Shown here piece by piece: positions 26,803 to 37,100 of a DNA stretch of 64,000 nucleotides. The translations under genes were made by a program, and so were the position numbers. Within the stretch, counting starts at the first letter, position 1; each line of letters opens with the position of its first letter. The notes below the pieces were generated by a model. That model made no database searches. It was given only the letters and a program-made list of their open reading frames with translations, and was not told the DNA's origin. The DNA comes from Thermoplasmatota archaeon (GTDB taxonomy: Archaea; Thermoplasmatota; Penumbrarchaeia; Penumbrarchaeales; Penumbrarchaeaceae): the NCBI GenBank assembly GCA_046483845.1, contig JAWOCK010000098.1:655-64654 (forward strand). The letters run 5' to 3'.

Positions 26803-29800
26803 TTGCGTTGGTACAAGTTAAATGTCCGTCCATATGGAATGACATCCATCGACAGGAACAAATGTATTGTATGCCTGGCACTTATCTTCACATTTCTAAC
26901 AACATCCACATTCCCGATATCAGGTCAAGGAGAGAATTTGGGAACACTTTCCATGCCGGAGAAAGGATCTCTTCACATCCGCATCAACGAAGTATATCCG
27001 GACCCGGATACGGACACCAACGGCGATGGGGATGTGGACCAGCTAGATGAATTCGTTGAGCTCTACAACCCTTCCTCGGTGGATGTCAACATATCAGGTT
27101 GGACAATTTCTGACAACGGAGGATCTTACACCATCGGTTCCGGTTCGGTCTCGGCGGGGGGATTCTTCCTGATATGGAGAGAGGTGTCAGGTCTGAGGTT
27201 GGGCAGCTCGGACCATATAGATCTCACAGCTTCCAACAGCACATCTATGGACATTCTCAGCTGGGTCCAGATAGAAAGGGGAAGGTCCATGCAGAGGTCT
27301 CCTGACGGTGCTGAGAGGACCCGGTCCGTCAAAGACCATACGCCGGGTTGGGAGAACCTTCCACCACCCAGAATTATCATGAACGAGGTGATGGTCGACC
27401 CAGAGGGTGCCAATACGGGGGCCCAGTGGATCGAGCTCTTCAATCCGGGACATTCAGAGGACCTGGAGGGATATTGTATTGATAACGGAGATGGTGCATT
27501 CATGCTGCTTCCCGAGGTCCGGATACCATCCGAAGAGAGGTGCCTTGTGTTCACGGGGGAGCCGCCTCCGGGTGCGGTGGAGATGGGCATCCCGTTCTGT
27601 GTTATCTCTCTTGGCAGGGCTTTCTACGTGAACGGGGATGACCTTTGTCTCACCGATCCTGACGGATACTTACTGGACTATGTGGCCTGGGGTAACTCCA
27701 CACACGTGGGTTATCCTTCTGGCATCTTCCATGGAGAACCATGGGACGGGGGTTACTATGATAATGAGATGGAAAGGTTCGTCCAGGGCGAGAACATGAA
27801 CCCAAAACCGCATGAAGGGAGATCCCTCAAGCGCTCCGAGGACGCCTTTGATACGAATTCCACCTTGGATTGGAAAGTGGACGAGGGAGGGATGGGTAGC
27901 ACCATGGGTTACGATAACTCACTTGACCCATCGGTGCTGGTCTCTCTCCCCTCGGATGTGATATGTGTGGACGGCAGGGTGTGGAGCACCGTGAACTTCA
28001 GCATGACCAATACGGGAAACATGCATGATGAACTGACCATTGATCTGGAGACCACATCCACCAGCTGGATCATCGAGCCGTCCAACATCACTATCCCTGA
28101 CCAGTATCCCGGGAAAGTGGTGAACAGTTCGTTCTCTGTCCTCGGTCCCGAACTTGGCGATAACAGGTCTTGTCTTGTGGAAATGAACATGGTATGGTCC
28201 TCTTTGTCCTTCATCGAAATAAAACAGAGTGTTCAAGTGATGATCCCCGGACCTGACCTAGGGATATCCGACTTACAGGTCGAGGTGAAGAACGGGGACC
28301 TCATGTCGATACCGGAGGGATCCTTTGTGGACATATCCTTCATCGCAGAGGGAGGAGGTGAGATCAACCCTGGCAACACAACGGTCATCGTGGAGATGAG
28401 AAATATTGACACAGGAAGCATCTCCACCATCTTCAACCGGCAATTATCTGATATGCGGACCGGATCAAGAAGGAAAATGGACCTCCGGCTTGATACGATC
28501 GATCTTTCAGGGAACCACACACTTTACTTCTCCATAGATCCGGACAATTTGATAAAAGAGGTGGATGAGAACAATAACCATGAAGTTGTGGACATAAGGA
28601 TCGAGCCCTCCACAGTCCCGCAGGGGCAGGAGAGCTTGAAGATAACAAAGGTCCTGTGGAACTGCACTCAAGAATCGACCTTCGTCGAGATAAGAAACCC
28701 ATGCCCAACCGGGATCCCCATCGATGGAATGAAGCTGTCCGACGGAACCGTTTTCGCCTCCTTCGAGGATGATGTGACGATCGAGCCAGGAGAGAGGATA
28801 TATCTCCTCTGGGGAGCAAAAGCACAGGAACGCGTGCCTGAGCAAGGAAGACATATATGGGTCAGTGGAGGAAGTGCAAGGCAGGAAAGGATGATAGCAG
28901 AGAACGGGGTTCCCGACCCTTTCTCAACGGGCAGGATACAGCTCCTTTCACGGTACAGACATCTCATTGATGATGTCCCGCTGAGACCACCCCTTGACAA
29001 AGGGGAAGAGACAACATGGGGAACCATATACCACAGGAGGGTGGATTCTCGGGGAATGCCGGTGGATACCAATACATCTTCGGACTGGTATGTATACAAG
29101 AATTCGGCCTGGATAGGCGGCATCTTGCCGGCCCCTTCCCCATCAGGAGGACCCGGAGAGCTGATCATACTTCGAACGGACCGGGAAGGGGTCGACGTAT
29201 CCGGTCTTGCACTCTTCCTTGGAAACAGGTGTGCGGTGATACCAAACGGGACCAGAACCGATGAGAACGGCCTTCTGGTCATATCCTCGGACCCTGTGTT
29301 CTTCCGGGATGCACAAGGTAGGGACCCAGACCTTGTAACGGGTCACGATACGGATGGACCGGATGGTGATATCATCCCCGGGTGCCGGGTTCCCTCCTTC
29401 AGCGAGATGCTCCTTCCGAACTCGGGAGGGAACCTGGTCCTTAAGGACCGGTCGAACATCCCGATCGATCGGGTCAGTTGGGGGAGCGTGACCGAACCTC
29501 ACCTGGAAAAAGCGGAGAGAGACGTGCTCTACTGGAAGGACAACGAAAGCAGTGATTGGAGAATACTGGCATACGGGAAGGAAAAGATATACGCATTGGA
29601 CCACGCCAGAGAGGCGGAGAATGTCAGCATTCATTTTTTCGATGACAGACTTGACCTGATGAGATGGATGATGCAAGAAGAACGTCTCACGCTCCACACG
29701 GACCTTCTGGCGGATGATGATATTTATTCTCTTCTTTGTTTGTACATGGACGAGGGAAATGAAGTTGTCATCAACTATCATGTTCCACCCTGGGAGGAAC

Positions 29801-32800
29801 TTGATGAAAGATGGGGGCTTTATGCAAACAGCAGTTCCATGGCATCCATTGCATGGGGCCTGTGGAAAAAGGGAGCAGATGTTCGCTACCAGGATGGAGA
29901 TTGCAGTATCGGAGGAATGAGCATTGCCTTCGCTAGAACGAGAATGGCATTATTTCCCGGTCCCTTCCTGGAGAGTGAGCAAGTGAAGGTGGAGCCTCTT
30001 GCAGGTATCGATCTTCAGGGTAGGTCCATTGATGAAGGACACATCCAGGAGATCGCATCTTCACTGGATCTTGATGATGCGGAAAGTCATCTGGACCTCT
30101 TGGACCCAGTTCCGATCGATATATCTCCTCTTGACCTCGGGCCCCCGGGAGAGGGTTCCTTTATCCGGGAGTGCTCAATGATGGCCAATGACTGGTTGGG
30201 CCCCATGGACCATCTAAAGGGTCACATGTCCATGGTTCTGGGGGAAGGCCCGTGGGATATGGTCGATATTTTGGACGTTCTGCGCTGGGAGGATGGAGGC
30301 AGGATCGTATTAAATCCGAGGGATATGAGCGTCGTATCGAGGGATTGCATACCGTTTCTCAAGGAAGTACGATCAAGAACGGAAAAGGGGGAGCACCTTT
30401 ACTGGATGGACGGTCTAAAGGATGACATGTTCCTGAGGGCTGCCTCTATACAAGAGGTGCTCGAGGGAGAAAGCAGTAACTCCGGAATGTATATGGGAGA
30501 CACTACCTGGGCGTATACCCTGTTCGGAGGATACGGGACCTCGGATTCCTCCAGCTCGATATGGATACCTTCCTTTGGCGAGGACAGGATAGGGACCAGG
30601 CTCGATCTCGACATGGGATTGAACGGTCCTCTCGGAGACCTTTTCGGGATGACAACACCCTTCCCATGGTCCTTGATCGCCCCTGAGACCAACAGTTCCT
30701 CCGTTGGAGCACGCCACCAATTGAGGATAGAGGAGGTATATTACAACACTTACCTTGTGGACGATCCCGATGAGTACGTTGCGGTGAAGAACACCGGCCA
30801 CAGTGAACTGGACCTCTCCGGTTATATCTTATCCGACGATGAGGGGCTCGGGATAGCCTCTGATGGTATGGTCGTGATCGAGAATTCAACGGTGGGCCCA
30901 GGGGAGCTTTTTTTCATATCAATGAATGCAGGGGCTTTCCTGGGTCAGAACGGTTTCCCACCGGATTCTTCTTGGGACAGGTCCGGGAGCTCTATCTGTA
31001 CCAGTGGTTTCTTCAGACTCTCCAATTCGAAGGATACCGTCTGCCTCAGGGACCCGCTGGGTTCAGTGGTGGACGTTGTGGCATACGGAAGCGCAATATG
31101 GAAAGAGGGACAATGGAGCCATTACGGCCCCCGGGACTGGACAGGACCCGCGGTGGACGATGTTGGTTGGGGAAGGGTTCTCCACAGATGCCCGGGGCCC
31201 CAAGGTCAGCAGGCAGAAGATACGGATTCCGCCCTGGATTGGTCGGATATCAGGGATAGGTATCCGGGGCAATCCAGGTTAACCCCCTTTTCGGAACGCA
31301 CCATGGATCGGCTTGAGTACGGCGTATGTCCTGATTCAAGTTCAAGTATAATGGACGATCTCATCTCCGGGGCAGGTTCGACCCTTCTTGTGAACGTTTA
31401 CGAACTTACCTCTCACTGGATCGTATCCAGGATGATCGGAGCAGTGGACAGGGGAGTCGATGTCAGGATCATACTGGAAGGGAACCCTGTGGGAGGAATC
31501 CGACAGTTGGAGAAGAGGTCTGTGGCCAGATTGCTGGATAAAGGCATCGATGTCCGGTTGATGTACACGGACCCGTCGAGGAACATAAGGGACAGATACC
31601 GATACGATCACGCAAAGTACATTGTCGCAGATGGCAACAAGGTACTGGTATCCACCGATAATTTCAAGGATTCCTCATTCCCGCCGCTGGACACAGCATC
31701 CGGAGCTACCACGAGAGGTTGGGTCGTTTCCATGGAATCAAAGGGGCTGGCGAACGATCTCACCGTGGTCTTCGAACAAGATTTCCATGGTCCGGATATG
31801 TTGGATGCGCGGACGCTCATTGAAGAATGGGGTGACATACGGGAAATGGCTAATATTGAAAGGAGCGGCAGACACGTGGACATCTTCAGACCAGGGAAGG
31901 CAAAAGCAGGTTCATCCGCCCGTGTTATGGTCTCCCCTGATCATATCTCGCTCAGGTCCAACAGTCTCATGAAGGCAATAGAGCTGGCCGAAAAGGAGAT
32001 AGCCCTGGAACTGCTGGATATGGACCCTTTCTATCTGGATGATAAGTGGGACCCGGATACTTTCACAGGGGAATTGTCCAATCCTTACATGATAGCACTG
32101 CTGGATGCGGCGGAAAGGGGAGTCGATATCAGGGTCCTTCTGGACGGCACGGACTTCGACGGGGACCTGGAGCCCGACAATCAGTTCGCCGCGGACATAC
32201 TGATGGAAGCTGCGGAGACCAGGGGCGTTTCTGAGCATCTCCAGGTGCAACTCAATCCCAGAACGAGATTCCACGACCGTGGGAATATCGAACTGATCCA
32301 CGCCAAGGGAGCAATAATCGATTCCGATACCACCTGGATCTCTTCCTACAACTGGAATCCCGTTTCAGGAACAGAGAACCGAGAGGTGGGGGTGCTGATA
32401 TCCTCCCGGGAATGTGCCGGATATTTCAGAGGGGTCTTCGACTTCGATTGGGATGGCACCCTGCAGGACGAGGTTGAGGCTAGAAAGGTCTGGGCCTACA
32501 GCCAAGAATTGGAAGATGGGGGTTGGGAGGTGGTCTGCGAGTTCGATATAACCTGCTCCGCCGATGCACCCACTGAATTCTTACTCTATGCAAGGAGTGG
32601 GAAGGATCTGCCTATGCAACCCATCGGCTCCAGCGGCCCCATCCATAACAGTACCTCGGTCATCTGCATCAAAGGGACACTGGAGAACATAACGGAGGTG
32701 ATCGATCTCCGCCTCCATGCCAGAAAGGACAGCAGAGAGCTCGAGATACTTGAGTTCGATGTTCCTCTGGGTATCAACGAAGATACCTTCGTTCTAAAAG

Positions 32801-32928
32801 GGCTGCTCGGATCACCGCTAATACCCTTGGCCATCATACTTCTCATCTCCTTGGGCACCGCTTTAATGAGAGATGTGGTCAGAGCCGTCAGGAACAAAAA
32901 GAGGAATAATGCAGGTATAGAGGAATAG
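26803..32928 (+). CDS. Giant (about 2030-aa) exported protein with three lamin-tail domains (LTD), a CARDB-like region and a C-terminal tandem-HKD phospholipase D-fold (nuclease/PLD-like) domain, then TM anchor
   Basis: A likely true start is MTSIDRN at about 26839; the track ORF begins with TTG. Signal peptide, then the LTD signature repeated three times: LHIRINEVYPDPDTD…DEFVELYNPSSVDVNISGWTISD, IIMNEVMVDPEG…QWIELFNPGHSEDLEGYCID, LRIEEVYYNTYLVDDPDEYVAVKNTGHSELDLSGYILSDD. Two HKD motifs: HAKYIVADGNKVLVSTDNF and HAKGAIIDSDTTWISSYNWN. C-terminal TM (PLIPLAIILLISLGTALM). Confidence 0.75.
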   Translation: MRWYKLNVRPYGMTSIDRNKCIVCLALIFTFLTTSTFPISGQGENLGTLSMPEKGSLHIRINEVYPDPDTDTNGDGDVDQLDEFVELYNPSSVDVNISGWTISDNGGSYTIGSGSVSAGGFFLIWREVSGLRLGSSDHIDLTASNSTSMDILSWVQIERGRSMQRSPDGAERTRSVKDHTPGWENLPPPRIIMNEVMVDPEGANTGAQWIELFNPGHSEDLEGYCIDNGDGAFMLLPEVRIPSEERCLVFTGEPPPGAVEMGIPFCVISLGRAFYVNGDDLCLTDPDGYLLDYVAWGNSTHVGYPSGIFHGEPWDGGYYDNEMERFVQGENMNPKPHEGRSLKRSEDAFDTNSTLDWKVDEGGMGSTMGYDNSLDPSVLVSLPSDVICVDGRVWSTVNFSMTNTGNMHDELTIDLETTSTSWIIEPSNITIPDQYPGKVVNSSFSVLGPELGDNRSCLVEMNMVWSSLSFIEIKQSVQVMIPGPDLGISDLQVEVKNGDLMSIPEGSFVDISFIAEGGGEINPGNTTVIVEMRNIDTGSISTIFNRQLSDMRTGSRRKMDLRLDTIDLSGNHTLYFSIDPDNLIKEVDENNNHEVVDIRIEPSTVPQGQESLKITKVLWNCTQESTFVEIRNPCPTGIPIDGMKLSDGTVFASFEDDVTIEPGERIYLLWGAKAQERVPEQGRHIWVSGGSARQERMIAENGVPDPFSTGRIQLLSRYRHLIDDVPLRPPLDKGEETTWGTIYHRRVDSRGMPVDTNTSSDWYVYKNSAWIGGILPAPSPSGGPGELIILRTDREGVDVSGLALFLGNRCAVIPNGTRTDENGLLVISSDPVFFRDAQGRDPDLVTGHDTDGPDGDIIPGCRVPSFSEMLLPNSGGNLVLKDRSNIPIDRVSWGSVTEPHLEKAERDVLYWKDNESSDWRILAYGKEKIYALDHAREAENVSIHFFDDRLDLMRWMMQEERLTLHTDLLADDDIYSLLCLYMDEGNEVVINYHVPPWEELDERWGLYANSSSMASIAWGLWKKGADVRYQDGDCSIGGMSIAFARTRMALFPGPFLESEQVKVEPLAGIDLQGRSIDEGHIQEIASSLDLDDAESHLDLLDPVPIDISPLDLGPPGEGSFIRECSMMANDWLGPMDHLKGHMSMVLGEGPWDMVDILDVLRWEDGGRIVLNPRDMSVVSRDCIPFLKEVRSRTEKGEHLYWMDGLKDDMFLRAASIQEVLEGESSNSGMYMGDTTWAYTLFGGYGTSDSSSSIWIPSFGEDRIGTRLDLDMGLNGPLGDLFGMTTPFPWSLIAPETNSSSVGARHQLRIEEVYYNTYLVDDPDEYVAVKNTGHSELDLSGYILSDDEGLGIASDGMVVIENSTVGPGELFFISMNAGAFLGQNGFPPDSSWDRSGSSICTSGFFRLSNSKDTVCLRDPLGSVVDVVAYGSAIWKEGQWSHYGPRDWTGPAVDDVGWGRVLHRCPGPQGQQAEDTDSALDWSDIRDRYPGQSRLTPFSERTMDRLEYGVCPDSSSSIMDDLISGAGSTLLVNVYELTSHWIVSRMIGAVDRGVDVRIILEGNPVGGIRQLEKRSVARLLDKGIDVRLMYTDPSRNIRDRYRYDHAKYIVADGNKVLVSTDNFKDSSFPPLDTASGATTRGWVVSMESKGLANDLTVVFEQDFHGPDMLDARTLIEEWGDIREMANIERSGRHVDIFRPGKAKAGSSARVMVSPDHISLRSNSLMKAIELAEKEIALELLDMDPFYLDDKWDPDTFTGELSNPYMIALLDAAERGVDIRVLLDGTDFDGDLEPDNQFAADILMEAAETRGVSEHLQVQLNPRTRFHDRGNIELIHAKGAIIDSDTTWISSYNWNPVSGTENREVGVLISSRECAGYFRGVFDFDWDGTLQDEVEARKVWAYSQELEDGGWEVVCEFDITCSADAPTEFLLYARSGKDLPMQPIGSSGPIHNSTSVICIKGTLENITEVIDLRLHARKDSRELEILEFDVPLGINEDTFVLKGLLGSPLIPLAIILLISLGTALMRDVVRAVRNKKRNNAGIEE

Positions 32929-33003
32929 TTCTTCCGCTGCCCTTTACATAAACTTTATTACAGCCTTTCATGATAACGGTCCAATTCAGACCATAAGGTC
33001 CAG

Positions 33004-33753
33004 TTGGGGATGGAAATGTTCGAGGTAAAGGTTAAGGTCGATACATTGAAGAGCGTTTTCTCTATCCTTACTCCCATCGTCGGTGAGGTGAAGCTCAAGG
33101 CGGATGATGAAGGATGGAAGATAAAAGCGGTGGATCCAGCCCATGTGGCCATGGTGGACCTGACGCTTTCGAAGGATGCTTTCGATAAATATGAGCTGGA
33201 GCCCATGGAGATGGGATTGAACGTCGAGAGGCTCCTTGAGCACATGAAAGGTGCAAAGGCAGAGGACATTGTCAGCATAGTACTGGCCGATGATAACAGG
33301 CTTGTGGTCTCCATGTCCAACCTGACACTGAAGATACCTCTGGTGGATGCTTCTGGTTTCTCGGACCCCAAGGTCCCCAACCTGCAGCTTCCTGTGGGTC
33401 TGAAATTGAACTCGGGAGAGCTTCAGAAAGGGTTGAAGGTCTCCGCATCCATCTCCGATTACATCACCTTCGATTGCTCGGAGGAAAAGCTCACAATGAC
33501 CTCATCGGAGGACCTCTCCTCCATGACCCTTGAGCTCATGAAGGGAGAGCAGTACGAGGTCATAAATTTCGATAAACCGGCGAAGAGCTCGTTCTCACTG
33601 GACTACTTCAGCCAGCTGATGAAAGGCATTGGACCCAACAGGGACATCAATTTCAACATCGGCAACAGCTACCCTCTGAAGATGGACTTCGATTTCTCCG
33701 ATGAGAAGGGGCATGCAAGATATCTTCTGGCGCCAAGGATAGAATCCAGTTAA
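33004..33753 (+). CDS. pcn: DNA polymerase sliding clamp PCNA
   Basis: MFEVKV…LKSVFSILTPIVGEVKLKADDEGWKIKAVDPAHVAMVDL… and a 249-aa two-domain length typical of archaeal PCNA. ATG at about 33010 is the likely start. Confidence 0.9.
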   Translation: MGMEMFEVKVKVDTLKSVFSILTPIVGEVKLKADDEGWKIKAVDPAHVAMVDLTLSKDAFDKYELEPMEMGLNVERLLEHMKGAKAEDIVSIVLADDNRLVVSMSNLTLKIPLVDASGFSDPKVPNLQLPVGLKLNSGELQKGLKVSASISDYITFDCSEEKLTMTSSEDLSSMTLELMKGEQYEVINFDKPAKSSFSLDYFSQLMKGIGPNRDINFNIGNSYPLKMDFDFSDEKGHARYLLAPRIESS

Positions 33754-33762
33754 GGAACCCTC

Positions 33763-34134
33763 TCAATCGAGCTCCACTGTCTCGATCTCCCGGGGGGCCT
33801 TATCCTTCCCGATCCGATCCAGCAGAGCCCTTGTTAGCCGTATCCTATCGTAGTTTATCACAATATAGAGAATGAAGAACGGTATCGAAGCGAGTGCAAG
33901 GAGAACGGGTACCATCCCCCAATCGATGTAACTGCCACTGTTCTTACCATCCAGCAATCTGACGAACAGCTCCCCCAATGCCCAAAGGACCAGGAATATA
34001 CCCGCTGTCATGAATACCCCTGAAAAGAGAGATCTGAAGAAAAGCACCAGCTTGGGCCTCTTCTTCATTTGCTTCCCCCTGCTTTTCCTTGACCGGCTCG
34101 ATCCGGGTCTCTTCGACATGTTAGTTCCTTCCAA
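33763..34134 (-). CDS. Small membrane protein with highly basic N-terminus (hypothetical)
   Basis: MSKRPGSSRSRKSRGKQMKKRPK, then two predicted TM helices. No recognisable family. Confidence 0.4.
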   Translation of the reverse strand: MEGTNMSKRPGSSRSRKSRGKQMKKRPKLVLFFRSLFSGVFMTAGIFLVLWALGELFVRLLDGKNSGSYIDWGMVPVLLALASIPFFILYIVINYDRIRLTRALLDRIGKDKAPREIETVELD

Positions 34135-34175
34135 CCAGTTGACATAGACCGATCCCTATTATTTCTTGTTTTCTT

Positions 34176-37100
34176 TCAATACCCTCGAAAACCCATCTCA
34201 CTATCTATCTCGGAGCGATCATTGAACGCTCCATGGGGTCCATCTGGGCTGTTCTCCTGTTCCGGAGGGTGCTCATTTTCCTTTTTCTTCTTATTCCTGA
34301 TGAAGATCATCAAGGCTGCTGCAAGAAGGAGGACCGATATGGCTGCTGCCGTGATCAAGATGAAAAGCCGCCCGCCCTCCCCACTGTAATGCGAGGACGT
34401 TTCGGGCTCTACTATGTCGAAGCTCAACCGGTCGGACCCATTGATACCTCTGCCCAGTTCATCCCGGATATCCAGGACCATGATATATCTGCCAGGCTCC
34501 AGATCATCTTCCAGAAGGACATCGAAACGCCTGTTCTCCGGGTCCCACCGGACCTGAAGATCTATCCGGGAACCGTTCTCATCAATGAGGTGGACCGAAG
34601 AGTTGATCGAAATGGTACCTGAGATCCTTATATCAAGCGACCGCGGCACATCAATTTTCCCGAGGTACCCCATCTCATCCTGGAATGAGGAGGAACCATC
34701 CACGGAGACTATACTTACAGGCTCGAAGACAACGAATTCAAGCTCGGTCGGGACCATCCTCTCACCTGTCGCATCCGTCAACCCGTTCGATATGAACACG
34801 TAATAGACAACTCCGTCATCCAGTTCATCCTCCGGATCAATGACCAATGTCCTGGGGTCTGACAGGGAGATCTCCGCAGGGATATCGACCCCTGATGCCG
34901 ACTGCAAGCGGATGTTCGCGAATATGGTGTCCGGATCGATCTCTTCATTGAAAATGAACAAGAGATCGCTTTCCTCTGTCATGTTACGGGGGTCATCTCT
35001 GAAATTGACATGAACCAGCTCCGGCGGCGTTCCGTCGGTCACAACGTTTATCACGACAATGTCATGATCGACGTTCCCACTGGCATCGACGACCTTGAAC
35101 TGTATCCGATGCTCTCCAAGCTCGTGGAAGGTAATGGAGACCTCTTTTCCAAAGTAAAGGTTACCGGACCTCTTTTCCACCCAGGTAAAATTGGCATCCA
35201 GAGGGAACATGGGATCGTTGTCCTTGGTCTCACCCGCGGAAAAGGAAATGGTCCCTCCCCTTATCACTTCCCTGTCCTCACCAGCAATTACATCGGGGGG
35301 TGTTACGTCCTGGACCAGGATATTGAAACTTGTTGAATCCGAGCAGCCGCCCGTATCGGTCACCGTGAGTTCGCACAGATATGACCCGGGAGTGAAGAAG
35401 GTCCATATTACCTCACTGCCTGTAAGGACCTTCTCATCCGGTCCCATGATGCTCCAGGTGAAGCTTCCAAGAGCCATTATTTCCGGATCATTATCCTCTA
35501 AATATCCATGACTGAGAACGATCTCCTCATCCTCCTTGACCACAAGGTCTTCCATTTCCGCCAGCTGCGGGGGGTCGGTATCGGTGACCTGAAAGTGGGT
35601 GATATTGAAGTCATGGTTCCGGGCGGAGTCGATGACATGAAGGGACACCTCATATGTGCCCGGTATGTCGATATTGAGGTCCACCACCTTCCCGTAGAGC
35701 ACCACCTCACCTTTACGGGTCATTATCGACCATGTGTAATTTATCAGACCGGATAGTGGTGTATCCGGGCCAATGAACCTTGATGAGGAGGCGTCAAGAA
35801 AGAATGGGGCCGAAGTGGTAGCATTGGACATCGATATCCTGGCCTCGGGCTCGTACGGATCGTAAACGACGTATACCTCCTCTTCCAGGGTCGAAGGCCC
35901 GTTACCCAGCCGGTCATAGAAGAGGACCCGGAAGGTGTTCCCACCTTCCTCCAGGGTCAGGAATGTCTCGAAGGATCCATCCTCATCGGCTCTGCAGCTA
36001 ATGAACTCGGATCCATCTTTCATCACCTTGACAACCGCGTAAGGCTCCGATAGGCCGGTCAACCTGTAGACGGACACGTTCAAGACGGAAACCAGCTCGG
36101 ATGAGACAGAAAAGTAATTCGGCGGAGTGTTATCGACGATGAAGGATACGGTACGATCGGTGACATTGACGTTCTCCGCCTCATCCTCCACTCTTGCCCT
36201 GACCAGTATGATGCTGCCCTCGGTAAGCGGTGAGGAAAGTTGCGTTGTATCCCAATCATAAGGATCCTGAGGAGTGTCATCCCGTCCTACCAAGGCCCAA
36301 TCCGTATCCGGGTCCCCATCGTTGTTATGGTCAAGGGCTCCATGGAACAGAACCTCCCTTGCATCCGGATCGGTTGTGTAGTTGATCTCATACACCTTGT
36401 TCACAAAGTGGGGCCCTCCGTAAGCTTCGAAGCTGAACCGTGGTGGTGTCTCATCCCTGGGGACCGATCGGACCCATTCGGTGGGTTCCGAAAGGAAACC
36501 CAGTATGTTCAATGATCTGATCCTGTAAAAATATCTCCTGCCGTCGATGAGGCCGTCATCCACCCAATACGTCCTGTTGTCCGGCGTGGTGTGAACCAAC
36601 TTTATATCATCAGGCTCTCCACTGCCCGCAGATGATTCATTTGCGCGGTAGATCATGTACGACATGAGATTTACGTCACCAGGACTCTCCCATGAAAGCT
36701 TGATGCTGTTCCCGATGAGAACGGGTTCTGCAGAGAGATCCAGTGGACTCCTGGGTATGTTAGTATTTATTATCAACGGGCTTGCAGACAGTTCATGAAC
36801 AGGCGGCAGGTAACTCCGCTTTATCGTGCCCCTGATGGTATAATTGCCCACGACCAGGTTCGGAACGGTGAACTCTCCTGTATATATTCCATCATTTGCC
36901 ATGACATCAGGTGCAATACCATCATCCTCGGCGGCGATACCCTGTCTGGAACCTAGACCTACCACATCGAATTCCGCTTTCCAACCGGCGGTCCCGTTGA
37001 TGCTGACGATAACCCTGTCCTGATAGGTCAGGGTTATTCCGTTACTATCATGGGAGACATCGGATATCTCTGCCGGAATATAGGCCATGATCGAACTCGA

